Positions 18,587 to 29,243 of a stretch of 47,576 bases of DNA are shown piece by piece. This DNA comes from Bacillales bacterium UBA5455 (lineage in GTDB: Bacteria > Bacillota_I > Bacilli_A > RFN20 > CAG-826). A program made the translations under genes and the position numbers. Position 1 is the stretch's first letter. Each line of letters opens with the position of its first letter. A model generated the notes under the pieces. That model did not search any database, was not told the DNA's origin, and saw nothing but the letters and a program-made list of their open reading frames with translations. Location: assembly GCA_002427365.1 (NCBI GenBank), contig DIQT01000007.1, positions 1 through 47,576 on the forward strand. Reading direction: 5' to 3'.

Positions 18587-21286
18587 ATGATTGAAACAAA
18601 AACTAAGGACCAGCTGTTAGTCGAGTTTGATGTTGATCCTAAAAGCGGTTTAACAAGTGAAGAAGCAAGCGAGCGGCTAAGTCGTGATGGTAAAAATAAA
18701 TTACCAGATGAAACGAAGAAGTCGTGGATTAAAATCTTTTTCGCCCAAATGAACGATCCGATGATTTATATTTTAATGGTGGCAATTGTTATTTCGATTG
18801 GTATCGCAATATATGAACAAATAACATCGGGATCAGCCAGTTGGCTAGACGCTGTTGTTATTTTTCTTGTCATTATTATTAATGCGATTATTGGTACTGT
18901 CCAAGAAATGAAAGCAGAAAACGCCCTTGATGCGTTAAAAAAACTAAGCGCCCCAATTTGTGTTGTTCGGCGTAATGGCGAACTTCATGAAATCAAAGCC
19001 GAAGACTTAGTAGTTGGCGACATTGTTATCTTAGAAGAAGGAAGAACCGTCCCTGCGGACTTACGATTATTAGAAAGCGTTAATTTAAAAGCGGATGAAT
19101 CAAGTTTAACGGGCGAATCCGTTCCGGTTAATAAAGATGCTGAGCTTGTCTACGCTAATGAAATGCCCATTGGTGACCGGGCGAATATGGTTTATAGTTC
19201 GACGCCCATCACATATGGTCGCGGTGAAGGAATTGTTGTTCGAACAGGTAGTAATACCGAAATTGGTAAAATTGCGGACATGCTTAAAGAAGCGGAAGAA
19301 GAAAAAACGCCGCTACAAAAACGGCTTGGTGACCTTTCTAAATTATTAGGAATTGTCGCTGTTGTTATTGTTGTTGTTATGTTAGCAATTGGTTTAATTC
19401 AAGGCCGCGAATGGTTAGCGATGTTAATGACCGCGATTTCACTTGCGGTTGCCGCTGTTCCGGAAGGATTAACCGCGGTTGTTACAATTACGCTAGCGAT
19501 GGGTGTCCAACGAATGGTTAAAGTTAATTCCATCGTTCGTAAACTTCCAAGTGTTGAAACCCTTGGCGCTGTTAGCGTTATTTGTAGTGATAAAACCGGC
19601 ACATTAACCCAAAATAAGATGACGGTTACAAATGCTTATATTAATGGCAAAATGGGTAAAATTGCCGACTTTAACGATGGAGAATTAAACCGCTTAGCAG
19701 CCGGGATGAGCTTATCATCAAATGCATCTGTTGATCATGGTGTGTATGGAGATCCAACCGAGATTGCCTTAGTGGAGTTTGCAAATTACTTTAATTTACA
19801 TAAAGATGACCTTGAAGCAAGTTCCCCACGGATTGATGAACTACCCTTTGATAGTGTCCGGAAAATGATGTCAACCGCCCATAAGAATAACGAAGAAACA
19901 ATCGTTTATACGAAAGGCGCGCTTGATAAAATTTTATTAAAAACAACACGAATTGAAATTGATGGTGTTGTGCGGCCAATAACAAAGGAAGATATTGATG
20001 AAATTTTATTAGCGAATAATAAAATGTCTAATCAAGCATTACGGGTTCTTGCGCTTGCAAGAAGCGAATATAACAAAACAATTAATGAAGATAATTTAAT
20101 TTTTGTCGGTTTTGTCGGCATGGTTGATCCACCGCGTCCTGAAGTCGCTCCGGCGGTTCAAACCTTAAAAAGCGCCGGTGTTCGAACGGTAATGATTACT
20201 GGTGACCACGTTGATACAGCATTTGCAATTGCCGTAGAATTAGGAATTGCAGATGATCCAAAGCAAACGATGACAGGTGTCGAGCTCGATGCGTTAACGC
20301 CTGAAGAACTTCAAGATGTCGTTGAAACAATTCGGGTCTTCGCTCGCGTTTCGCCGCAAAACAAAGTACAAATTGTTCAAGCCTTAAAAGCTAACGGTCA
20401 TATTGTCGCAATGACCGGTGATGGTGTTAATGATGCGCCAAGTTTAAAAACTGCGGATATCGGGGTTGCGATGGGAATAACCGGCACAGATGTAGCTAAA
20501 GGCGCCTCCGATATGGTCTTAATGGATGATAACTTTGCTTCGATAGAAAAAGCGGTTGAAGAAGGACGCGGTATTTACGCGAATATAAAGAAAACAGTTT
20601 GGTTCTTATTATCATCAAACTTTGGTGAAGTTATCTTAATGCTTCTTGCGGTCTTATTAAATATTAAACTATTACCGATGGTTGCTTCCCAAATTTTATT
20701 TGTTAACTTAGTAACGGATGCTTTGCCCGCGCTTGCACTCGGAGCGGATAAAAATAACGCGAACCTTATGGAAGAAGCACCGCGTGATCCAAACGAAAAA
20801 ATCTTTGCCCACGGCGGACTTTCGACAACATTAGGCTATGGCATCTTAATGGCCTTAACGTCATTTCTCGCCTTCTTTTATCCCGCATTTCATAATGGTG
20901 CGCTTACCATTAGTGAAATTAATGCGTTTTATGGAAGTAATGAAGTAGCAGCGATGCAAGCCCAAACGTATTCATTTACCGTTTTAGCAGTTAGTCAATT
21001 ATTCCATATGCTAGGAATGCTTAATCAAAAGAAGTCGGTTTTCCGGACATTTAGTAAAGACCACTGGCTTGCTTGGGTGGCTTTTTGGGTTGGGATGGCG
21101 CTTCAAGTCGCGGTTACGGAAATTCCGTTTATGAACGTCGCATTTTATACAGCGCACTTATCATTTATTGAATGGTTAGATTTACTCTTACTATCAATGG
21201 CCCCCCTTGTGGTGCATGAATTAGTTGTCTTCTTCATGTGGATTGAAAGTAAAGTTAAGGCGAAAAAAGTTAAGAAAGATTATTAA
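18587..21286 (+). CDS. P2A-type cation (Ca2+/Mn2+) P-type ATPase, YoaB-like
   Basis: [36 protein letters not shown] and NLVTD; Mn riboswitch upstream. Confidence 0.93.
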   Translation: MIETKTKDQLLVEFDVDPKSGLTSEEASERLSRDGKNKLPDETKKSWIKIFFAQMNDPMIYILMVAIVISIGIAIYEQITSGSASWLDAVVIFLVIIINAIIGTVQEMKAENALDALKKLSAPICVVRRNGELHEIKAEDLVVGDIVILEEGRTVPADLRLLESVNLKADESSLTGESVPVNKDAELVYANEMPIGDRANMVYSSTPITYGRGEGIVVRTGSNTEIGKIADMLKEAEEEKTPLQKRLGDLSKLLGIVAVVIVVVMLAIGLIQGREWLAMLMTAISLAVAAVPEGLTAVVTITLAMGVQRMVKVNSIVRKLPSVETLGAVSVICSDKTGTLTQNKMTVTNAYINGKMGKIADFNDGELNRLAAGMSLSSNASVDHGVYGDPTEIALVEFANYFNLHKDDLEASSPRIDELPFDSVRKMMSTAHKNNEETIVYTKGALDKILLKTTRIEIDGVVRPITKEDIDEILLANNKMSNQALRVLALARSEYNKTINEDNLIFVGFVGMVDPPRPEVAPAVQTLKSAGVRTVMITGDHVDTAFAIAVELGIADDPKQTMTGVELDALTPEELQDVVETIRVFARVSPQNKVQIVQALKANGHIVAMTGDGVNDAPSLKTADIGVAMGITGTDVAKGASDMVLMDDNFASIEKAVEEGRGIYANIKKTVWFLLSSNFGEVILMLLAVLLNIKLLPMVASQILFVNLVTDALPALALGADKNNANLMEEAPRDPNEKIFAHGGLSTTLGYGILMALTSFLAFFYPAFHNGALTISEINAFYGSNEVAAMQAQTYSFTVLAVSQLFHMLGMLNQKKSVFRTFSKDHWLAWVAFWVGMALQVAVTEIPFMNVAFYTAHLSFIEWLDLLLLSMAPLVVHELVVFFMWIESKVKAKKVKKDY

Positions 21287-21300
21287 AATAAAGTATAGAA

Positions 21301-21330
21301 AAAGGCCGTTAGTTAATAACGACCTTTTTT
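21301..21330. terminator. Bidirectional terminator between the ATPase and mscL
   Basis: AAAGG-C-CGTTA...TAACG-A-CCTTT flanked by A and T tracts, between convergent genes. Confidence 0.65.
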
Positions 21331-21348
21331 TAATTAGCTAAATTAAAC

Positions 21349-21876
21349 TTATTCTTCTTTGCTTTTTGTTGGGGTAGGCGCTTTTTCTGGCGCTGCTTTT
21401 TCTACTTTAAGCAAATCACGAATTTCTGTTAAGAGTGCAAGATCAGGACTTAATTCCGGTTCTTCTTCAACAACTTCTTCTTCGACAACTTCTTCGCCAT
21501 TTTCTTCAGCGTGTTTGGCTGCGTGTTTGGCGTGGAATGCTAACCGTTTTTCTGCCGCTTTCATTGCGACTTTCACAATGATGAATAAGACAAACGCAAC
21601 GATTAGGAAGTCGATAACTGTTTGAATGAATTGCCCATAACGAATCGCGCCTTCGGCAACAACTTCAACACCATCTTCAACGACCGCTTTTTTGAATATC
21701 CATTTCCAGTCCTTAACGTCAGCACCAACGAGTGTTCCAATAACCGGCATTAAGATGTCGTTTGTTAACGAAGTGACAATTGCTTTGAAGGCATTACCGA
21801 TAATAACCCCAACGGCCATATCGAGAATGCTTCCTTTTGAGATGAATTCTTTAAACTCTCTAAAAAACTTCTTCAT
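21349..21876 (-). CDS. mscL: Large-conductance mechanosensitive channel, 175 aa (start moved from 21966 to 21876, behind GGAGGAG)
   Basis: FREFKEFISKGSILDMAVGVIIG, YGQFIQTVIDFLIVAF and LLTEIRDLL. Confidence 0.95.
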   Translation of the reverse strand: MKKFFREFKEFISKGSILDMAVGVIIGNAFKAIVTSLTNDILMPVIGTLVGADVKDWKWIFKKAVVEDGVEVVAEGAIRYGQFIQTVIDFLIVAFVLFIIVKVAMKAAEKRLAFHAKHAAKHAEENGEEVVEEEVVEEEPELSPDLALLTEIRDLLKVEKAAPEKAPTPTKSKEE

Positions 21877-21953
21877 GAAACTTCTCCTCCATTTCTTCTC
21901 TATTATAGTGAAGAATAATGGAAACTTAAATAGGAAAATGTAAAAGTAGTTAT

Positions 21954-21980
21954 AAAAAAGCCACATTTTGGCAATGTGGC
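21954..21980 (-). terminator. Terminator after the DegV gene
   Basis: GCCACATT/AATGTGGC stem with a T tract on the minus strand. Confidence 0.75.
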
Positions 21981-22002
21981 GTTAATTGATATTTAAATTA
22001 CA

Positions 22003-22881
22003 CTAATTAAGAAGTTCGTTTTTAACATTACGGACATATAGAATCCCAATTGTTCCTTCACCGCAGTGGGCAGAAATTACGCAACCGGCTTTTTGTAAGA
22101 TAATGTTTTCAGGGGGAACAAGTTTAGAAATTTCTTCTAAATAATATTCGGCGTGCTCATCACCAAGGACACCACTAGAAGTAATAAAAACAGTGCTTGT
22201 ATCAATTCCTTCTTCAAGATGTTTTTCAAACATCTTAAGTTGGAACTTTAATGCTTTTTTAATTTTACCTTTTGGTAATTCCGCCGAATCCATTTTTCCG
22301 TTAGCGACAACGATATACGGATGCGCGCGTAATGCTTTTCCTAAAATAAACTTCGCTGATGTCATCCGGCCCCCGCGATATAAGTAGTCGATGGTTTCGA
22401 CAATGAATTGGGAACGAATTCGTTCACGAACATCTTTCATTCCTGCAACGACTTCCTCCACAGTTTTACCTTCTTTAATCATACGATCAGCATTAATAAG
22501 TAATAAGGCGATACCTGAAGATAAGTTTTCTGAATCAACGAAATGAATTCTTCCTTCGGGGAAAGATTTCGCCATCATTTTTGCAACGTTTAATGTTCCT
22601 GACATGCTCCCCGCAATGCCAGTAAAAATAATGTCATAATCTTCATCAATGTACTTTTTAAAAGTATCATGAAATAAAGTAGGCGCAGGTGCGGAACTAC
22701 GGGGCATTTCACCCGTTTCTTCAATTAGTTCAAACATGCGGTTTGTTGTTAGTTCAATACCATCTAAATACGGGTGACCCGCGATTGTGACGGTTAAAGG
22801 AATAACAGCGATATTATATTTTTCAATTAATTCATTAGAAAGATCGGCGGTTGAATCGGTAATTAATTTAATTTTACGCAT
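22003..22881 (-). CDS. DegV family fatty-acid-binding protein (start 22881, GGAGG RBS)
   Basis: LITDSTADL, SSAP, SGTLN, DSENLS, LYRGGR and ISAHCG. Confidence 0.93.
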   Translation of the reverse strand: MRKIKLITDSTADLSNELIEKYNIAVIPLTVTIAGHPYLDGIELTTNRMFELIEETGEMPRSSAPAPTLFHDTFKKYIDEDYDIIFTGIAGSMSGTLNVAKMMAKSFPEGRIHFVDSENLSSGIALLLINADRMIKEGKTVEEVVAGMKDVRERIRSQFIVETIDYLYRGGRMTSAKFILGKALRAHPYIVVANGKMDSAELPKGKIKKALKFQLKMFEKHLEEGIDTSTVFITSSGVLGDEHAEYYLEEISKLVPPENIILQKAGCVISAHCGEGTIGILYVRNVKNELLN

Positions 22882-22970
22882 AGGTTCCTCCGTATGAAAA
22901 ATTATAAACATTTATAATTTTAAAATCTATACAAGCAATTTATTTTAACATAAAAGACTTAAAATGTAAT

Positions 22971-22997
22971 AAAAAAGCTAGGTCTATGACCTAGCTT
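22971..22997 (-). terminator. Terminator after tldE
   Basis: Perfect 10-bp stem AAGCTAGGTC-tat-GACCTAGCTT with a T tract on the minus strand. Confidence 0.85.
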
Positions 22998-23004
22998 ATA
23001 AAGT

Positions 23005-24333
23005 TTATTCACCAGAAATCGCTAACGATTTAACTTTGATGGATGGAGTAAGAATTGAAGAAGGCTGTAATTCGAGATTATTACCAACTAAGACAACATC
23101 TTTAAATAACGTAACTAAATTGCCAGCGATTGTAATTAAATTAACCGGTTCCGCAATTTTGCCATCACGAATCATAAACCCATTTGCTTGTAAGGAGAAG
23201 TTACCTGATTGTGGATTAAGTCCTGCATGTAAGCCTTGAACTTCTTTAATGTATAATCCTAATGATACGGTGCTAATAATTTCTTCTTCGCTCTTTTTGC
23301 CCGGTTTGATTGATAAGCCCCGGAAGCCAATCCCGATTTTTCCACCGCCACCGACGGCATTACCAGTTGTTTCAACGCCTTCTTTAGCGGCCGTGCCTAA
23401 GTTATACGCATAAGATTTTAAGATTCCTTTTTCAACGAATGTTTTTTTGCTTGTCGCAACGCCTTCGCTATCAAAGTATGTATAGAAGATGTTATTCGCT
23501 AACGGATTTTCAATAATTGTTACTTTTTTTGAAGCAACTTGTTCATTAAGTTTACCAACAAATAACGATGTTTGCTTTTGGACGTTTTCCGCATTGGCGT
23601 TACCCATAAATGCTGCTAATAAACTTGCCGTTGTGGAGGGATTTAAAACAACTGGGTATTTGCCTGATTTAGCGGGTTTTCCACCAAGTTGAGCGAGAGC
23701 GTTTTTAGCGATTTCTTCAACTAATTTATCGACATCAACACTCGCAAGGTCATTACCTAAATGGATTTTATAACCCGATTTTACATCTTCATCTTGTTTA
23801 ACAATAACGGAACCATAAATATAAAAGTAATTAGATTTGGACCGTAAGTTAACACCATAGGAGTTGCGTTTAATCCGTTCCGAGGTTTCTTCACTATAAG
23901 CAACCGCTTCAACATCACTAATCCGTGGGTCATAGGCTGCAAGTTTCTTTTCGATTTCTAATAACAGGTTAATTTTTTCTTCCGTTGTAACACTCGCAAG
24001 TTCTTTTTTAAATGTCGTTTTGCGTTTATATTTTGGTGAACCTTTAAAAATAATCGCCGGTTGATCATCTTCATTAACCCGTGCGTTTTCAACAATCGCC
24101 GCAACGAGTTCCGCAGGAGTTTTAGCAGTGATTTTTTCCGTTGATGCCGCACCAAATTTTCCGTTTACGATTCCCCGTGCGCCAATAGCTTCCGAGTCAG
24201 CAACCGAGAATTGATCGACGACGCTTTTATAAATACTAATTTCTGTGGAGTTTTCTGCAACATAATTTACTTCCGCCGCTTCAATACCAGCAGCTTCGGC
24301 TAATGAGAAGAATTTTTCAAAGTTGAATTTCAT
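23005..24333 (-). CDS. pmbA: TldE/PmbA family protein
   Basis: YFDSEG, TTGNA, GNFSL and ITIAGN; no HExxH; translationally coupled downstream of tldD. Confidence 0.88.
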   Translation of the reverse strand: MKFNFEKFFSLAEAAGIEAAEVNYVAENSTEISIYKSVVDQFSVADSEAIGARGIVNGKFGAASTEKITAKTPAELVAAIVENARVNEDDQPAIIFKGSPKYKRKTTFKKELASVTTEEKINLLLEIEKKLAAYDPRISDVEAVAYSEETSERIKRNSYGVNLRSKSNYFYIYGSVIVKQDEDVKSGYKIHLGNDLASVDVDKLVEEIAKNALAQLGGKPAKSGKYPVVLNPSTTASLLAAFMGNANAENVQKQTSLFVGKLNEQVASKKVTIIENPLANNIFYTYFDSEGVATSKKTFVEKGILKSYAYNLGTAAKEGVETTGNAVGGGGKIGIGFRGLSIKPGKKSEEEIISTVSLGLYIKEVQGLHAGLNPQSGNFSLQANGFMIRDGKIAEPVNLITIAGNLVTLFKDVVLVGNNLELQPSSILTPSIKVKSLAISGE

Positions 24334-25727
24334 TTTAAGCTCCCTCCGCTTCCACCAACGGTAATTTCCCGAACACGGATTGTTGGTTGACCAACGTCGG
24401 CTTGGATGGAGCCACTACTTGCTCCACACATTCCTTGACCACGTTTTAAGTCATTACCGACCATGTCGATGTTTTGAATAATTTCTGCACCACTACCAAT
24501 AAGTGTTGCGCCTTTAACTTGTTCCGCAATTTTACCATCACGAATGATATACGCTTCGTTAGCGGCAAAGTTGAATGCCCCCGTTGCGGGGTTAACACTA
24601 CCGCCACCAAGACTTTTTGCGTATAAGCCTAATTTAACGGAAGCGATAATTTCTTCCGGTGTCGAAGTGCCATTATCGATATATGTATTTGTCATTCGAC
24701 TTGTTGGTTCATAGCGATAGTTTTCCCGTCGACTGGAGCCGGTTGAGGCTTTGCCCATTCTTCGACCATTAAAGCTATCGATCATGTAAGAAGTTAAGAT
24801 ACCATCTTTAATTAAAACGTTCTTTTTGCCAGGTGTTCCTTCATCATCATAGTTAACGGAACCCCATCCATTGGTTATTGTGCCATCATCAATCGCGGTA
24901 ACAACGGGATTTGCGATTTGTTGGCCTTCTTTACCAGTAAAGACCGAGAAGCCTTTCGCAACCGAACTAGCTTCTAAGGCGTGACCACAAGCTTCGTGGA
25001 AGATGACGCCACCAAAGCCATTACCAATAACAACGGGCATTTTGCCACTTGGAGCGGGTTTGGCAACAAGCGCACTTAATGCGGCTTCGGCAACACTCTT
25101 CGCCATTTCTTTTAAATCGATAACGTCTTCAAAGTATTCATAGCCACCTTGTAAACCAGGCCCTTCAAAGGCACTTTCAATACCGTTTTCATCAGCGGCA
25201 ACCGCCATTAAAACAAACCGTGTATGTTCACGCGCATCATTAATTTCTTTACCATCGGAATTAAAGATTTTAATTACTCTTCGTTCTTCAATAACACCAG
25301 TAACGGCTTGAACTATTTTTGGTGAGTATGATTTAATAATTTCATTTGTTTCTTTTACAAGTTCAATTTTCTTTTCAACAGGAATATCTTTTCCGGAAAT
25401 CTTCGCAGCGTGAGTTTTCTTAACACGAACTTTGGTAATGGAATCGACCGTTAACTTCCGTTCTTCGCGAAAACTTGCCGCGAGGGTGTTCGTTAGTTTT
25501 AAGAGCCCTTTTTTGCTAATATCGTTAGTGGAACCATAAACGCTATTAAAACCATTTAATAAGCGAATACCTGCGCCGTACGTCGTTGAGGAGCTTGGTG
25601 ATTGTGTTTTACCGTTTTCAACCCGGAGCCCATAATTCTCAATTTCTTCAAGATAAATTTCGACAAAGTCGGCACCAGTGGCTAAGCCAGCGTTGAGGAC
25701 TTCGAGCGCTAATTTTTTTGAAATCAT
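24330..25727 (-). CDS. tldD: TldD family metalloprotease
   Basis: HEACGH metal motif, DDGT, YDDEG, RMTNTY, C-terminal CG and GQPT. Confidence 0.92.
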   Translation of the reverse strand: MISKKLALEVLNAGLATGADFVEIYLEEIENYGLRVENGKTQSPSSSTTYGAGIRLLNGFNSVYGSTNDISKKGLLKLTNTLAASFREERKLTVDSITKVRVKKTHAAKISGKDIPVEKKIELVKETNEIIKSYSPKIVQAVTGVIEERRVIKIFNSDGKEINDAREHTRFVLMAVAADENGIESAFEGPGLQGGYEYFEDVIDLKEMAKSVAEAALSALVAKPAPSGKMPVVIGNGFGGVIFHEACGHALEASSVAKGFSVFTGKEGQQIANPVVTAIDDGTITNGWGSVNYDDEGTPGKKNVLIKDGILTSYMIDSFNGRRMGKASTGSSRRENYRYEPTSRMTNTYIDNGTSTPEEIIASVKLGLYAKSLGGGSVNPATGAFNFAANEAYIIRDGKIAEQVKGATLIGSGAEIIQNIDMVGNDLKRGQGMCGASSGSIQADVGQPTIRVREITVGGSGGSLK

Positions 25728-26000
25728 AGTTTACCCTCCTTTTGGATAAATTAAACAATAGTTAAGTTTAGTATAATAACTTTGATAATGCGATAAATAA
25801 ACATAAAAACACGCCTTTTTACCGCAATTAATATGTAATTTACATCATATTAGGGTGCTTTACCAACATAAATTTAACTTTCTTTGCGAGAAACCGCTTT
25901 CTATGATTGTTTTTGATTGATTTAGCCGAAAAACATGGTATTATAATCAAGCAAACTTACTTTGGAGCAGTAAGCTTCAAGGCGGAAGGAGAACAAAATT

Positions 26001-26213
26001 ATGAAGAAAGATATTCACCCAAAACACTACCGGGCAACCGTGACTTGTGTTACCTGTGGCAACACGTTCGAAATTGGCTCAACTGTTAAAGAAATTAAAG
26101 TTGATACATGCAGCAACTGCCATCCATTTTATACAGGTAAACAACGCTTTACAGTCGCTGATGGTCGTGTTGATCGCTTCAATAAAAAATACGGCATCAA
26201 AGAAGAAGCTTAA
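26001..26213 (+). CDS. rpmE: 50S ribosomal protein L31, Zn-binding (C+) type
   Basis: [23 protein letters not shown] and [11 protein letters not shown]. Confidence 0.97.
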   Translation: MKKDIHPKHYRATVTCVTCGNTFEIGSTVKEIKVDTCSNCHPFYTGKQRFTVADGRVDRFNKKYGIKEEA

Positions 26214-26226
26214 TAAAAAAACTTAT

Positions 26227-26258
26227 AAACCGCCTTCAACTTTGATGGCGGTTTTTTG
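26227..26258 (+). terminator. Terminator-like hairpin between rpmE and metG
   Basis: AAACCGCC...GGCGGTTT followed by TTTGTT. Confidence 0.7.
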
Positions 26259-26279
26259 TTGTTAAAGAAAGGAACTCAC

Positions 26280-27866
26280 ATGAAAAACAAATTTTATATC
26301 ACAACACCGATTTATTATCCAAGCAACAAATTACATATTGGTCATGCTTACTCAACTGTTTTAGTTGATGTCTATGCACGTTTTCGGCGAATGCAAGGAT
26401 ATGAAACATATTTTTTAACGGGTTCTGATGAACATGGTCTAAAAATTGAACAAAGTGCAGAAAAAGCTGGGATGAGCCCCCAAGCATTTGTGGACGAACA
26501 AGTAAAAGGTTTTAAAAACCTTTGGAAAAAACTTGAAATTAGCAATGATGATTTTATTCGGACTTCGCAAGATCGACACAAAAACACTGTTCAACAAATT
26601 TTTGATGATATGATTAAAAAAGATGATATTTATTTAGGCGAATATGAAGGTTGGTACTGCGTTCATGAAGAAACGTTTTGGACGGAATCACAAGTTGGTC
26701 CTGACCACTTATGTCCGGAATGTCATCGCCCCGTTACCAAAGCAAGTGAAGAAACATATTTCTTCCGCACAAATAAATATTTACCTGAACTTTTAAAATA
26801 TATGGATAATGATCCAAAGTTTTTATATCCATTATCACGGAAAAATGAAATGATTAATACATTTATTAAACCGGGCTTAGATGATTTAAGCGTTTCAAGA
26901 ACGTCCTTTACATGGGGAATTCCTGTTTTAGCAAATCCGAAGCACGTAACATATGTTTGGTTAGATGCTTTAACAAACTATATTTCCGCTTTAGGTTATA
27001 AGAGCGAAGACGATTCGTTATTCCAAAAATTTTGGGCTGATGAAAATACGGAAATAATTCACGTTGTCGGTGCGGATATTACGCGCTTCCACGCGATTTA
27101 TTGGCCAATGTTTTTACTAAGTGAAGGATTACGTTTACCTGATCGGATTTTTGTCCATGGTTTATTAATGATGAAAGATGGCAAAATGTCAAAATCTCGG
27201 GGCAACACGGTTGACCCAGTTCCATTAATTGACCGTTATGGCGTTGATGCTGTTCGCTATTATTTAGTTAGAGAAACAACGTTTGGAAGTGACGGCCAAT
27301 TTACGCCCGAACAATTTGTTGAACGGATTAACATTGATTTAGCAAATGATTTTGGTAACTTACTCCACCGGAGTATTTCAATGATTCAAAAGTATTTTGA
27401 TGGGGTTATTCCAACATATAAGGGTGATGTAACACTATTTGATAAACAATTACGCGAATTAGCGGAAGAAACTGTTAATGATTATGAAGAAAAAATGGCG
27501 GATCTAAAAATTACCGAAGCATTTATAAGCGTCTTTAAACTTGTTAGTAGTGCGAATAAATATATCGATAATACCGAACCATGGAATTTAAAGAAAAATG
27601 AAAAAACTGAAGAATTAGCGAGTGTAATGAATCACTTAGCGAACGCTTTATATATTGCTGGAACATTATTACAACCAGTTTTACCTCATGCGAGCGCTGG
27701 TTTATTTGAACAACTAGGTGTAGAAGACAAAATACGCGATTATCAACTCGTTCATAAGTTTGGTGTTCTTGGCGGACAAACCGTTAATAAAGGCCAACCA
27801 TTATTCCCACGCTTAGACGTTGAAGAAGAAGTTGCCTATATTAAAAGCTTAATGAACGGAAACTAA
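26280..27866 (+). CDS. metG: Methionyl-tRNA synthetase, short form without the C-terminal tRNA-binding domain (start 26280)
   Basis: YITTPIYY, HIGH, TGSDEHG, YVWLDAL, KMSKS and LFPRLD end. Confidence 0.96.
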   Translation: MKNKFYITTPIYYPSNKLHIGHAYSTVLVDVYARFRRMQGYETYFLTGSDEHGLKIEQSAEKAGMSPQAFVDEQVKGFKNLWKKLEISNDDFIRTSQDRHKNTVQQIFDDMIKKDDIYLGEYEGWYCVHEETFWTESQVGPDHLCPECHRPVTKASEETYFFRTNKYLPELLKYMDNDPKFLYPLSRKNEMINTFIKPGLDDLSVSRTSFTWGIPVLANPKHVTYVWLDALTNYISALGYKSEDDSLFQKFWADENTEIIHVVGADITRFHAIYWPMFLLSEGLRLPDRIFVHGLLMMKDGKMSKSRGNTVDPVPLIDRYGVDAVRYYLVRETTFGSDGQFTPEQFVERINIDLANDFGNLLHRSISMIQKYFDGVIPTYKGDVTLFDKQLRELAEETVNDYEEKMADLKITEAFISVFKLVSSANKYIDNTEPWNLKKNEKTEELASVMNHLANALYIAGTLLQPVLPHASAGLFEQLGVEDKIRDYQLVHKFGVLGGQTVNKGQPLFPRLDVEEEVAYIKSLMNGN

Positions 27867-27872
27867 TTAACG

Positions 27873-29243
27873 ATGGCGAACCGGTTTGCGAAAGTTAATG
27901 AAATATATCATGGTGTTGGACAAGGCTATACGTTTGATGGTCTTGGTATTTTGCTAAGCGATGATGGCCAACGCTTTTTTGTTAAAGGTTTAATTAAAGG
28001 TGAAGAAGCCGATGTAAAAGTCACTTATGCTTCAAGAAACGCTAATTACGCGGACCTTATTAAACTATATTCATTATCACCCCACCGGATTCAGCCAAAA
28101 TGTCCCGTTGCGACCGCATGTGGGGGATGTCAATTTCAACATATTGCTTATGAAGAACAATTAAAGATTAAACAAGAAAAAGTTATAAACGCTTTTCGCA
28201 CAATTGCGAAAAGTAATTTTCCGGTCGATGAATGTGTTGGATCGAAAGCACCATACTATTATCGAAATAAGACGCAAATCCCCCTTGGAATGGATAAAAA
28301 AGGAAATATTATTAGTGGCTTTTACCGAGCGAAAACGCATGATATTATTCCTACACCCGAATGTGCGATTGAAAACCAACGGTCAAACGGAATTATGGCA
28401 ACTGTCCGAAATTTAATGAAGTCGATGAAGATTGATCCTTATGATGAAGATAAACGGACGGGAGTTATTCGCCACATTTTAATTCGCGCAAGTTACCATA
28501 CACCAGAAATAATGGTCGTTATCGTTGCAAACGTGCCCTCTTTTCCCAGTCGCAACAACTTTATTAATGCCTTAAGAAAAGCACATCCTGAAATTACCAC
28601 GATTGTTCAAAATACAAACACGCGCGCCACCAACGTTATTTTAGGCGAACATGATAAAGTTTTATTTGGCCCGGGCTTTATTTTAGATGATATTTTAGGT
28701 GTTCGGTTTCGGATTTCACCTCAATCATTTTTCCAAGTAAATCCCCTTCAAACGGAAACGCTTTATTCAATTGCGATAAACAAGGCGGCTTTGACTGGCA
28801 ATGAACGTGTACTTGATGCGTATTGTGGGATTGGAACACTTTCATTAATTGCCGCGAGTAAAGCTGGAAGTGTAGTTGGTGTTGAAATTAATAACAAAGC
28901 AATTAAAGACGCTAAAGAAAATGCGTTTAGAAATAATATTAGTAATGTTAGCTTTTACACGGCGGATGCTGGTGAATTTATGGAAATTGCCGCCCATAAC
29001 AACGAACAATATGATGTTGTTTTAATGGATCCACCAAGAAAAGGCGCTGATGAAAAGTTTCTTAATAGTTTAATGAAATTAAGTCCGCAAAAAATTGTTT
29101 ATGTAAGTTGTGACCCAGGCACACTTGCCCGCGATGTTGCAATTTTAAATAAGAAATACGAAATTAAATCAATTACACCGGTTGATATGTTTTCTCAAAC
29201 CCATCATGTTGAGACGGTCGTGTTGATGTCAAAAATCAAATAA
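27873..29243 (+). CDS. rlmD: 23S rRNA m5U methyltransferase, RlmD/RumA family
   Basis: Fe-S motif CPVATACGGC, SFFQVN, DAYCGIG, DPPRKG, YVSCDP and DMFSQTHHVE. Confidence 0.93.
   Translation: MANRFAKVNEIYHGVGQGYTFDGLGILLSDDGQRFFVKGLIKGEEADVKVTYASRNANYADLIKLYSLSPHRIQPKCPVATACGGCQFQHIAYEEQLKIKQEKVINAFRTIAKSNFPVDECVGSKAPYYYRNKTQIPLGMDKKGNIISGFYRAKTHDIIPTPECAIENQRSNGIMATVRNLMKSMKIDPYDEDKRTGVIRHILIRASYHTPEIMVVIVANVPSFPSRNNFINALRKAHPEITTIVQNTNTRATNVILGEHDKVLFGPGFILDDILGVRFRISPQSFFQVNPLQTETLYSIAINKAALTGNERVLDAYCGIGTLSLIAASKAGSVVGVEINNKAIKDAKENAFRNNISNVSFYTADAGEFMEIAAHNNEQYDVVLMDPPRKGADEKFLNSLMKLSPQKIVYVSCDPGTLARDVAILNKKYEIKSITPVDMFSQTHHVETVVLMSKIK

Noticed and set aside
25907-26089. 60-aa ORF overlapping the rpmE promoter and start
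   Set aside because: It spans the -35 and -10 elements and is out of frame with rpmE; no RBS.
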